A stretch of 64,000 nucleotides of DNA from Novakomyces olei (taxonomy: Eukaryota): assembly GCA_016906335.1 (NCBI GenBank), contig JADEYG010000009.1, positions 124,001 through 188,000 on the forward strand, in the 5' to 3' direction. A program made the position numbers and the translations under genes. Of this stretch, positions 54,201-64,000 are shown piece after piece; the first letter of the stretch is position 1; each line of letters opens with the position of its first letter. The notes beneath the pieces were generated by a model that was not told where the DNA came from, made no database searches, and saw only the letters and a program-made list of their open reading frames with translations.

Positions 54201-54564
54201 GCCTTGCCTCCTCTTGCCTTCTCTGCAATTCTTGCTCTTGCCTTCTCTGCAATTCTTGCTCTTGCCTTCTCTGCAATTCTTGCTCTTGCCTTCTCTGCAA
54301 TTCTTGCTCTTGCCTCATTTTTTGCATTTCCAGTTGCTTCTGCCGCTGCCGGGCCGCGTCTAGACGCTCCTGCTCCCTCAGCTCTGCCTGCCTCGCTCTC
54401 TCACGCTCATGCTCAATAGCGACTTCCCTCTGCCGCCGATTCTCAAGCTCTGCTCGCGCTTCTGCCGCCCAGGGAGACGCGTTTCCATGCTGCCTCAACT
54501 GTTCGCGTTCGTAATCTGTCATACGCGCTTCTTGGCGAGGCGTCGACGGCTTTGCCGACGACAT
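51289..54564 (-). CDS. Sel1-like-repeat protein, chitin synthase activator Skt5/Chs4-like
   Basis: C-terminal Sel1 repeats (AKRLVEAA, YRTAVCYEIGAGT, PHALHELG, LSGWYLTG, AEYALGYF); Gln/Pro-rich N-terminus with tandem repeats. Confidence 0.85.
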   Translation of the reverse strand: MSSAKPSTPRQEARMTDYEREQLRQHGNASPWAAEARAELENRRQREVAIEHERERARQAELREQERLDAARQRQKQLEMQKMRQEQELQRRQEQELQRRQEQELQRRQEQELQRRQEEARQQQELEEWHRWNKQQQEIQQQQRQLRQYGNPTYASQAYGGYASAGGTRNDPPYAPAYNTEYDYDKPVSNYQPAYKENYNTQVYSSGSDYPREPVYETVQPTETMAHAAPDEYAIPSQRQVEPLRIPRAPHPAARSAVDTRANDRANDRANDRANDRANDRAEAVAPIGVSAVRAMLKEQKTPPVSALGSSDSSLNTAQIARSAKASSEDLLSMAPPPDSQTSFDNAFPVFPGLDRNRQSHRPAAGISHESDREPNPLDYASSTQTRAETRDDDINELRIRQPFSVPQRSPSPVVIPGYNEDIAANIIDQLDINSSDPSPIASGGQGEAPSVALNSKPNRSKASRLARHNTTKSSFAPYTGFSDDIDSYYDEIIKHYDEQYLSGSPSGAVSADPFPSRQWQEARQAIRPRPELGPELRPELGPGMGPGPGFRPEMRPGFRPGFRPGRPPMGRPVRPVDARGNMYPRPYPPNMRPMPRPMVNGRPMMMNRPPGSHNPNPNPNSNQNQWPIRPNSSNNMPFTNGRPRPPSNYGRPYPQQQSLGAESQTMQQRFMSQPSVGRPSGPAAVGSEPGPHRNFAPRQTLDRQEGTGDSQNSSLARQSSRESSTSSGISVIEDKTKQPVTFAELSRLQKAADKKDPAVRLEYAKRLVEAAATLSDRGGRVDAKKARKDRDRWLAEALHFCKKLCSGKDPYPPALFFLAQCYGTGEMNLSVDHAKAFHLYAEAAKRKHAPSIYRTAVCYEIGAGTRPDPERAFAHYKMAAQLDEKPAVYKMAMIKLNGLLGQGRDPQAGLGFLERAAALADHENPHALHELGLLYESPERGRGVVSVDQPRAVGYFKRAARLQYAPAQYRLGYCYENGSLGCPVDPRRSIAWYARGAEQGHADCELGLSGWYLTGCEGLLEQNDREAFLWAQRAAEKGLAKAEYALGYFIESGLGIPTANLDEARTWYVRAASQGNARAKKRLDELRKKR

Positions 54565-55838
54565 TTTCGGGTTTGCTCTTGCTTTTGCTTGTAGTCCTCT
54601 TTATTTCCTCTTTCCTCTTTCCTTTTCTCTCTTTCCTCTTTCCTCTGTCCTTTCCTCTTTCCTTTTCTCTTTTCTCTTTTCCTCGTGGATCGCTTTCTCG
54701 TCAATTTGCTCGTAAGCTACTGTGGCCAACACGAGAGCAATTTTTTTGATCGATCTTGTACCCCTCTGTCGTGTGTCGAGTCACACTAGTTTCTATTGTC
54801 AATGCTTTTGTCCTATAATACCGTTCAATTGTGACCCAAAGTCTCGTACCATTCACGCTCTGCCTTTTACGTGCCCCTTTCAGTATAAACTCTTACTCAA
54901 ACAAGCGTTATACTCTGCGCTCGTTGCGCTACCGGCCGACTTTATCGCTTTGTTTTGCCGATTGTTGCTTGGGCCAATACTAGTCGTCGACACATGTCAC
55001 AATACTTGTTTATCAAATCTACTATTATTTTCTATTACTTTTCTATTGTATTTTCGTAAACTGTACCAAACTTGTGCTTGTAAACGTATTGTTAGCGCCA
55101 ACTACTTACTATATTACATAATTGAATCGTATTACATAATTTTATTATTTTGTTTTATTTATTATTTTATTTTATTTCATTGTTTTATATATTTCACTGT
55201 TTTAAATATTTCATTGTTTAATTTTATTTTATTGTGTAGTTATCCATTTTAATGTTTTGCAGTTTTAATGTTTACTGCACAACCTTATCATTATTTTTTA
55301 ATGGTAATTTAATAATATCATCTCACCTCACGTGTCACACAACCTTGTTTGATAAGAGTCAGGTGCAGTATCCCTTGACACGCGTTTTCTCAGAGCCGCG
55401 TTTACTCAATTGCCTTATTGTTTTGGATTTATTCAATTTTGGATTTATTCATGTTATTTTTTCTCCCAATGCGCTGGTCTCTATACTGGCAAATTTGTTT
55501 TTTTGGGTTGGTCAATTGTCGCATCATGCCGGCTTTGCTTCTCTTTGTTCAAAGACAATGATTTCTTTCGTGATTGTAGGCTAATACTATAATCGTAATT
55601 TCTTGCAATTGCACCGGTATTGCTTATGAACATACATTTGAGCGCAAATTTACAAGCCAAGCAGCCATTGTCCCTATCTTTTCGGGTTTCATGACCCTCT
55701 GCGGGTCTTTCACAATAAACCTTCTCTCGTAAACACACATTAAATACGATTGGATTATGATACAACGCGTTACGCAGTTTGGCAACATTCACTAGTAATC
55801 TCGATGCTATCATGTCTTATAATACTATGGAAAACCGA

Positions 55839-57984
55839 TCACAGCTTGGCCGGCTGCGGCTGGATCGTGGTGATTTCGTTGTAGATCAAACTAAATTGAT
55901 GTTAGTAACTCTACACAGGCGTCATTTTAAAGGAAACAATGGACAAATACTTGGCAAAATAAAACAAGGCAGAAAAGCATGCTTGGTCTCGAGAAAATAA
56001 TACACAGCAATTAACACTGTCGTTGTGGACACCAAAAAAAAAAAAAAAAAAAAAGCCATGCGTCTAATTAAACCAAATTTTTTACGCTAAAAAAAAAAAA
56101 AAAAAAAACTCACGTTGTCAGGAAATCGGAAAATTCCTCTCCCGTAATCTGTGTTGCATAGTACTGTGACGCAAGCTTGTATCGGTTTCCCGACTTGGCC
56201 GAGGCAATCAATTTGTCTGTCTCCTCACGCAGAATATCCAACAGCCATTCCTTTGTAATTTTATCGCCCTTGTCTGTTGAGACTCCATGGCGTGCCCATT
56301 GCCATAGCTGGCCTCGAGAAATTTCTGCAGTCGCTGCATCCTCCATCAGGTAGTTGATGGGTACACAGCCGACTCCACGAAGCCAGGCTTCCAAGTAACC
56401 AAGCCCGACTTGCACATTGCTACGGATACCCTTCTCCGTAACTGCCCCAGGCACATTAGTATTTAGCAAGTCACGGGCTGTCACGTGCACCTCTTCACGA
56501 CGACGGTATAGCTGATTGGCCTGGGGCATGTACTCGTTAAAGATCTCCATTGCTATTTTGCCCAGAGCCGGGTGAGCGATCCACGTCCCATCATGGCCGG
56601 CTCTCACTTCCCGCAGCTTGTCCTCTCGCACTTTACTCATTGCCGCATCATTGGCCTGCTGAGAATCTTTACGAGGGATTTGGGCGGCCATTCCTCCCAT
56701 TGCATGAACGCCGCGTCGATGGCAAGTTTTAATCAGCAATTCTGTGTACGCGTGCATAAAGGGCGCGGTCATTGTGACGTCAGCACGGTCCGGAAGGATA
56801 AAATCTGGATTGTTGCGGAATTTTTTGATTACACTAAAGATATAGTCCCAACGGCCACAATTTAAACCGGACGAGTGCTCACGCAACTCGTAGATGATCT
56901 CGTCCATCTCAAAAACAGCGGGAATAGTCTCAATAAGCACTGTTCCACGAATAGTTCCACGAGGCACTCCGATACTGTCCTGAGCCAAGTTGAAGACATC
57001 GTTCCAGAGACGCGCTTCCAAGTGAGATTCCATTTTGGGCAGATAAAAGTATGGGCCAGTTCCACGCTGAACAAGCTCTTTAGCGTTATGGAAAAAGTAC
57101 AGGCCAAAGTCAAAGATGCCGCCGGCAATGGGCTCTCCATCTACAACGAAATGCTTTTCCAGTAAATGCCATCCACGCGGCCTGACAATCAGTGTAGGAC
57201 GGTGACGGCCAGGGTCAGTGCGGAGCTTGTACTCTTTCCCGTCTTCCTGCTTAAAGTCGACTTTCTCACGAATAGCGTCGCGCAGATTGACCTGCCCGTG
57301 AATAACGTTGGACCAGGTAGGGCACGTTGAGTCTGTAGAGAAATTAGATTGCCGTTCAGGAAAGGATTGTGGTCATATCGCTGGTACACTAACCAGGCAG
57401 ACAATAAAAATGCCAAATGCCAAATGCCAAAATGCCAAAATGCCAAAATGCCAAAGTGCTTAAACGATAAATTGATATAATGATAAAACGCTAGATGATA
57501 AAATGCTAAATGCTAAAATGATAAAATGCTAAATGATAAAATGCTAAATGATAAAATGCTATGGAAATAGACGTATGACTGGCAACTAACCCTCGAAATC
57601 AGCCATATAAGTAGCCACGTCGGCATTGAGTGCATTGATGACCATCTATTACGTCAGTAGGCAATTTAATATGGAGAGAGAATGGTAGAGCCTTACTTTA
57701 CGGTCTACCGGCCCAGTGATTTCTACGCGACGGTCAACGAGCCCCGGCGCCGGCGGTGCGCCCTTCCACGCATCGTCCTCTCGGACATGTTTTGTTTCAG
57801 GCAAAAAATCGAGCAATTGTCCACGGTCAAAGTCGCGTTGGCGGATATCGCGCCTCAACAGCAGTTCCTTGCGAGTACCGTTAAACGCCCGGTGCAGTTT
57901 GGCCAAAAACGCAATTGCCGCCGGAGTCAGCACTGAACGTGCCTGTTCATCCACGGGTCCGAGTACAGCAACGTTGTCCACCAT
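55839..57984 (-). CDS. MLS1: Malate synthase (glyoxylate cycle) with PTS1 -AKL. Exons 57984-57697, 57645-57591, 57332-56114, 55890-55839
   Basis: [75 protein letters not shown]. The last exon ends QPQPAKL*. Confidence 0.96.
57407..57561. repeat. Compound intronic microsatellite (AAAATGCC)n / (AAATGATAAAATGCT)n in MLS1 intron 2
   Basis: Directly visible. Confidence 0.85.
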
Positions 57985-58099
57985 ATTAACAATCTGATTT
58001 AGCTTGCCCGTTTAAAGACTTGCGCTTTTCTTGCTCTTGGGCGCTGCTGCTATTTAACAAATTTATCCTCGTCGCCTCAACCCAGAAAACCCTAGCTTA

Positions 58100-58680
58100 C
58101 CTGTATAAAGCCGGGGCTCCGCACGGCCGAATAGAGCTGACCAATCATCGGGCTCGATCGTATTGTGGGGAAGGTACATGGATTGTGTACGCAATTTCGT
58201 TTTAGCCGTTTGCTGTCCAAAAGGTTACGGTGCGCCGTACGTAATGTATTCTGCACGCAGAGTGTATTCCTCACAAACGCGGTAATAGTTATTTTTGTCA
58301 TTATAAGGAGACAGGATAAAGGCAATAGTTGGTTTTGTCATAATAAAGAGACAGGCTAGAGGCAATAGTTGTTTTGTCATTATAAAGGACACAGGCTAGA
58401 GGCAACAGTTGTTTTTGTCATTATAATGAGCCAGGCTAGAGGCAATGTATAGTGGGCGAATGTTATAAACTGCCAATTAGCCCCGCTCAGCACGAGTGGC
58501 AAGGTTTGGTAACTCTCCGGTTCTGCTATGCTCTGCCTGCCTGCCTTTCCTTCCTGTTGGGCGATGTGACACATTAGTTGGCAGCTACTGTTTATTGAAA
58601 TGCTGACTGGCATACTCTACTTGCAAAGTATGTGCCGTCGTAATTACGTCATTTACGTAGTTTACGTAGTTTACGTCGTA
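58100..58680. promoter_or_regulatory. MLS1 upstream region with SYGGRG (Mig1/CreA-type) sites, a CCAAT box and clustered TTACGT(CA) CRE-like sites
   Basis: CCGGGG ~58111, CCAATCA 58141, GTGGGG ~58165, CCCCGC ~58480, four TTACGT at 58644-58676. This fits glucose repression of glyoxylate-cycle genes, but the motifs are short and could be chance. Confidence 0.4.
58281..58446. repeat. Four imperfect ~40-bp tandem repeats upstream of MLS1
   Basis: Unit approximately GGCAATAGTTGTTTTTGTCATTATAAAGAGACAGGCTAGA. Confidence 0.9.
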
Positions 58681-59825
58681 CCCTGAGCCATGTAATATGC
58701 CTACATTTTGGTGGCCTGTAACATCTCCAGCTTCGAGCTGGAACAAGCAAGGGCAATGCTTTAAACGCTTGGGCCTTTATTGGCCAGAGTACGCGCTTTT
58801 GACGACGACAACGTGCAACCTGAACAAGGACACAAAGCGCAACGAATGATCATGATTATACTATCGCTAGACTAGAGGATTGTGTACAACTTTTGAGTAT
58901 AATAATTATTCCCAACCTTTTACCATTATCCTCGTTACACTATAACGACTGCCAATAAACGCAAGCAAACGTGTACTCGTCAGCCACACGAGTCTTTGCG
59001 CTACATAAACATTCAGCGTTAAATGCGCATACTGCAATTACAAACCGATTTATTAACATTGGTTACATAATCGCGCACCTCTGTACTTGCTCGGGCGTCC
59101 TATTCAACTCTGGTCGAGTGCTACTGTACACTCATTCGCGGCATACTACCGACATTCTTCGTGGCGGCTGTGCAAAGCGCGTTTGCCAGTACATTCCAGC
59201 CAGCGTCACGGACGTGTCACTGACGTGTCACGGACGAATAAAAGCAGACTTGATTAAAATGCTGTTTACAAACAACCAACGGTTGCTGATTACATCATGT
59301 GTGAGAACATCTACAGCGCGTATCTGGTATTATATCCACGGCAATAATTAGCGCCAATTGGCTGCAAAAGGGAGATCGAGGCGATCAGCTGATGCATTAC
59401 TGTCAACATCGTGAACGCGGGCAGGCAAACACCATTTTTCTGACCTTTGCTGGGCGGCCGCTGCAAAAGCTGGCCGAAACTATATACTAATTATTGCAGA
59501 ACTCTAATAGAGTACTATATACATTTTAAATTTATTGCAAAATAACAATAATGTGCGAGACGCGTATGCGGAAAGGAGCCACAAAAGTCCTACGCACACC
59601 CGTTCGCTGTGGTAGCACATACCAGAAAATTTAAAAATTTAAATATTCAAATTGGTGTCGCAGCCGTTGATTGGCCAAGCATGAATGAACACTTGCTGAG
59701 TGAACTGAAACTTTATATCAAGATTCATACAAACGTCAAATTCAAACACTGAACCGTGCAACTACCGTAGCGTATGTATGAAAATTAACCAATTAGATCG
59801 AGTTTATGCAGAAATCACAATATAC

Positions 59826-59928
59826 AAAAAGCATAATAAAAGCATAATAAAAGCATAATAAAAGCATAATAAAAGCATAATAAAAGCATAATAAAAGCAT
59901 AATTAAAGCATAATAATATAAAAAGCAT
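59826..59928. repeat. 11-bp tandem repeat AAAAGCATAAT
   Basis: Directly visible, about eight copies. Confidence 0.9.
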
Positions 59929-61150
59929 CGACAAATATGGGCCACATTGGATAATAACGCAACGGGCAATCGAGCCAGACTGCAGCTGCCAATAAGCATA
60001 AAATGCTCCTCTTAATTAAGCGTCCAAGACAGCGGCAAGAATCGAGTGAGTGCTTGCCTAAGCTGGGAGAGGCGGTGAATCTTTAAAGTAAGACGCGTAA
60101 TATTTGTGTTTGCCCATATAATGTCTCGGGTAAAAGCGCGCTAAGCTCTCGCTCTATCAAGCACAGCGAATCACAGCGTAGGATTCGCTTAATTGCAAAA
60201 AGATCCTCTGTTTACGGGCAGTTTGAAATTAAATCCGTAGCACAGACCGCACGTAGGAGCTATGCTTAATCAAATCGCTCGAGGGTATAAATTATACACA
60301 TATCGTCGATATCCAAATCACCATCGGCTACCTCAATCCTTAATCGCTCCGGTACTATAAATGCCGCAAGCGCAAGAGACGCAAAGGCACTGTTCCGACA
60401 GCGGATCGTACTCTGCCCGCATTGCAGATTCGCGCTACAGAGTCCAGGAACGCAGTGTAATATTTATATTCTATTCTGATCGGTAGCCGCTCGTTAATGT
60501 GTGGTGACTGGTAAATCCGACTGCCGGACAGTCGCGGAGCTTTAATGTGGTTGGGGATTGTGGGCAGTTGGGTATTGTCTATTACTGAAATGCCTTTGTA
60601 TTGTGATTTTCACCGGAATTACCGTCGTGGTTAAATTTACCCTGCAAAAGTGAAATTGTACGTTGAAGCTAATAGCATATTCATCGTGGTTCATCACGCA
60701 GAACTAATGCAATCGTCAGATTATAAAGTGCTATCGGCTAAAATGCTCGTCTATCAGCAGAGGGTTATCATAATCATCGATCATAATCTTCGCATTGACG
60801 GGATAATACAACAGGTACAGCAGTTTTGGGTGTGCGGAACATGGATCGTTGGCCGTTATTCCCGTAATCCAATCGGACAGGGCGGAAAAGACGACAACAG
60901 GGACAGTATTCGACGCTTAGGAAACGAAGTGGTTGAAAGGCGGATCGTGATATCAAAAGATACAAAGGCAAGTACTCGAAGCAATACAGAAAGTTATTGA
61001 AAGGTTAACGCAGGGACGTACAATGAAAGGGATGAAATACACAAAGCACAGCAATCTAAACAGGCACATAAACAGCTTCAGAAAAGTTCAAGAACAGGAT
61101 CAAAACAAGCTGGAAAGGGGGTTAATATCACATATAATGATTGAAAGGGG

Positions 61151-61323
61151 AAAAAATAAAAAAATAAAAAAATAAAAAAATAAAAAAATAAAAAAATAAA
61201 AAAATAAAAAAATAAAAAAATAAAAAAATAAAAAAATAAAAAAATAAAAAAATAAAAAAATAAAAAAATAAAAAAATAAAAAAATAAAAAAATAAAAAAA
61301 TAAAAAAATAAAATAAAAAAAAA
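61151..61323. repeat. (AAAAAAAT)n 8-bp microsatellite downstream of the Zn2Cys6 gene
   Basis: Directly visible. Confidence 0.95.
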
Positions 61324-61399
61324 CGCGGTAAATTTATACTAAATCGACCAAAAAGTCCCGGGCAAATCGCCAGGCACGGATTAAATTTACGCTGTACAC

Positions 61400-63532
61400 T
61401 CATTCGGTGCCGGTATCCCTGTCGCCCGGGTTGTCTGGGACTGCAGGCTCTAGCGGATTCAACAAGTATTCTAACCGTACACGGCTGATCGATGAATCTC
61501 TGACTCTTTCGGCCTGCCGCTGCTCCGTCTGGCACGGGGACTCGGCAGTACGCGTTCCATACGGCTCTCGTCGCTCGTCGTGTGGTTCCCTTTCGACAGC
61601 TTGGTCGTATGTCTGCTCAACCTCGTCCTCCTCTTCATCCACAATTGGCCCTGGAGAAGAGGAATCAGCCTGCGTTACTTGCCCCCACGCCAGCGATACT
61701 TGCCGAGCGGCCTTACGGCTGTGAGCTTCACTCTCTATTCCAGACAAGTCCTCATTGGCATCAGAATCATGAGTCGTTTCCCAGCCCTCTCTAGTGTCCC
61801 CTATCTGCTTAGTGACGAGGATCTGTGGCAGTTGCTGGCAGGGCAATGAATCAATCAAGAGCGGCGGCGGTCGTGGAGGTCTAGAGGCCGACCGTAGAAC
61901 TGTCGTGGGTGGTCCGGGTGCTACTTGTGAAGAAGGCAGGCAAGTACCAATGCTCATCATACTATGCCTTCTGGACAGCTGAGCGGGTTTCTTGCTCTGC
62001 CTTTGATCGAGAGCTGTCAGACGCAGCAACGAGGCAGAGCTAGTCCTTACTGAACAGCCTCCTCGATCGACAGGAGCAGCAGCAGAAGGCTCGTTGCCTT
62101 CTAGCTCTCTGCCAGCGTCAATCACTGTCCATTTCGAGGACAGAGACTGTGAGGGTCTCACTCCAGGCCATCCAGTGTTCGGCGTTCGGGCTGAAGGGTA
62201 CTGTAGCACCTCAATTTCGCCCTGCAAATACTGCTGTTGGCCTGCTGGCCCAGGCCAGCTTTGCTGCAGCGAGTGGAGCAGCGAGTTTGAGGGAGAAAAG
62301 ATATGTGTGTCCTCAGAGGCTGCCGAGCCAGACGGCCATACGGAGTCTGTGGGAAAGGGCGGGATAGTGGGACAGGCAGTATGCACATTTAAGCCTAAGC
62401 TGGTGCCCTGTCCGGAGGAGCCGAAAGCGAGAGCGGAGCAGGAAGAGGAAGCCGGAGCAGAGGAAGAAGAAGCTGAAGCAGCTGAAACGGCCGAGACGGG
62501 CGTTGAGCTGGTGGCCAGAGCCGAGGCCGGTTCTAAAGGCAGTCTGCGAAGGCTATCGGGCTCCAGAGTATCCGTAGTAGTAGTAGTCATAGCTGCTTGA
62601 AACTGGTGCCTATAGTTTGAGGTCGGCCAGGGCTGAATTGTACAGTCAGCTTTGTCTGGCACGTCTTCCCACGGAGACAATGGCGTACTCGTATTGAAAG
62701 GGCCAACAGCTCTTTCTCTGTTATTGTTACTGCTACTGCCTTTGGCATTGTAACTGCTGGGACTCGTCAGTTCACCCGTCTCAAACTGCACAGGCCCCGT
62801 CTCTGCACGAACGGATCCGTGACCGGAAACTGCTGTGAAAATGCACTCAAGATTGAGCCGTTTACAGTTTGAGCAGCGAGAATCGCTCTCCGAATTATTG
62901 TACCCACTGCACCGGACTTTACGTCTCCGGCAATAAGAGCATGCAACAGCTGCTCTCTGCCTTTGCTTGTTGAGCAGCATTCGCTGGCCCAATAACTGAG
63001 TCGCTAGAGCGTCGTCGGCTGCCGTAAATTGCCGTGTAATGTACTCTGGATGAGTGATCGACCACCGGCGTGAATGAGCAGAAAGGTTGGCCTGCAGAGT
63101 CGGAGCGGAGGCACCTGGCTCCGACTCGGCAGTGCCTGGAGCCGAAGCCGAAGCCGAGGCCGAGGCCGTCGGCATTGGCATTGGCATTGGCGGCTGGATC
63201 GGAGAGTGAGCAGCCGCTGTCTGCCCAGACTCTGCTGGCCTGAATGTGGCACTTGGCCTCTGCCAGTTCCCAGATGCAAAAGTCAGAGACGAGTGCTCTT
63301 CTAGCGACTCATTTGCCTCTAATAACGACTCGTCTTCCTTCAATGTCCCTGGCACAATGCCCACTTTGTCTTTTGCTGCTTTTGCACTTGGGCCGGGGTC
63401 TGTCTCGGTGGCGCGACTTGCCTCGCTTTCCTGTGTCCCGGGGATACTCAGGTTTCGCAACCTCTGCTCAAAGTACAAGCGACGTTTTTGGCGGGGGGAA
63501 TCGCGCTTATTTTGTGCGTCTCGTGCGTTCAT
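61400..63532 (-). CDS. Zn(II)2Cys6 transcription factor (internal zinc cluster, otherwise low-complexity)
   Basis: ACSYCRRRKVRCSG...RCSNCKRLNLEC at ~aa 196-230; C-terminal VRLEYLLNP. Confidence 0.85.
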   Translation of the reverse strand: MNARDAQNKRDSPRQKRRLYFEQRLRNLSIPGTQESEASRATETDPGPSAKAAKDKVGIVPGTLKEDESLLEANESLEEHSSLTFASGNWQRPSATFRPAESGQTAAAHSPIQPPMPMPMPTASASASASAPGTAESEPGASAPTLQANLSAHSRRWSITHPEYITRQFTAADDALATQLLGQRMLLNKQRQRAAVACSYCRRRKVRCSGYNNSESDSRCSNCKRLNLECIFTAVSGHGSVRAETGPVQFETGELTSPSSYNAKGSSSNNNRERAVGPFNTSTPLSPWEDVPDKADCTIQPWPTSNYRHQFQAAMTTTTTDTLEPDSLRRLPLEPASALATSSTPVSAVSAASASSSSAPASSSCSALAFGSSGQGTSLGLNVHTACPTIPPFPTDSVWPSGSAASEDTHIFSPSNSLLHSLQQSWPGPAGQQQYLQGEIEVLQYPSARTPNTGWPGVRPSQSLSSKWTVIDAGRELEGNEPSAAAPVDRGGCSVRTSSASLLRLTALDQRQSKKPAQLSRRHSMMSIGTCLPSSQVAPGPPTTVLRSASRPPRPPPLLIDSLPCQQLPQILVTKQIGDTREGWETTHDSDANEDLSGIESEAHSRKAARQVSLAWGQVTQADSSSPGPIVDEEEDEVEQTYDQAVEREPHDERREPYGTRTAESPCQTEQRQAERVRDSSISRVRLEYLLNPLEPAVPDNPGDRDTGTE

Positions 63533-64000
63533 CTAGTTCCCTTCTTGGCAGATGCTCAATTCCCACCCCCCTCCTCCTGAGTTCCTTTTGTTTTGTGTTT
63601 ATCTGGTATTATTATATTTATTTAATTATTAATTATTTTTTGTTTTGCTTTTCTTCCTCTCTATTTTTCTGTTTTTTATTTCTCTGTTTCTACCTTGTTT
63701 TGGTTTTGGTTTTGGTTTGTTTTGGTTTTGTTTTGTATCTGCCTGTATTGCTCCAACTCTGGGTTTATTATCGGCGCTGTTTTAGTCGCTTTGTGTACTT
63801 GAGGGGTTGAGGGTTGGTTGGGGTGCGATACTGTACAAAATCGCCAAGGTGCCCCAGTATGCTTGAATGAGTCGCGAGTTTCGCGATATTTACGCGTTCG
63901 TGCTATGTAATGTAAAGAGAGTGTTATTGGAGCCGAATAAATATCAGTGATAAAGGAAACGGAAGGGAAGAATATAATAAGGAATGGAGTATTTAAAAAC

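Noticed and set aside
58281-58446. CRISPR-like appearance of the 40-bp repeats
   Set aside because: No unique spacers, no cas genes, eukaryotic context.
60650-61000. 116-aa GTG-start ORF
   Set aside because: No ATG near the start, no motif; probably antisense to the TF 3' UTR.

Overview
Gene-dense, intron-containing ascomycete (yeast-like fungus) DNA with AT-rich, microsatellite-laden intergenic regions and short introns. The genetic code looks standard: CTG falls at conserved Leu positions in UBC9 and the M20 hydrolase. About 26 protein-coding genes can be reconstructed by hand. Most are housekeeping: DBP6 (partial), SNG1-like, PUS3/DEG1, ceramide glucosyltransferase, mito-L33, TBC RabGAP, BolA, PAM18, PRE7, PYD3-like, UBC9, CWC21, YEN1/GEN1, PKH/PDK1, GPI8, JmjC, CNS1, INCENP, SKT5/CHS4-like, MLS1 and a Zn2Cys6 TF. 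Several multi-exon small genes are missing from or only partly shown by the ORF track. The best candidate system is a galactofuranose locus at 13.7-18.7 kb. There a GlfB/UgtA-type UDP-Galf transporter is fused in-frame to a ~300-aa DUF3431-like domain, followed by UDP-galactopyranose mutase, with ceramide glucosyltransferase divergently upstream. Other leads are a hidden 58-aa three-exon membrane microprotein, an ~800-nt ATG-free leader ending in a minimal uORF that overlaps the start codon (TGATG), a ~1.1-kb candidate structured ncRNA, and a distance-ruled 3' splice-site rule that tolerates AAG/GAG. All family calls come from recalled motifs, not database searches. No CRISPR, tRNA, rRNA or transposon was recognised.
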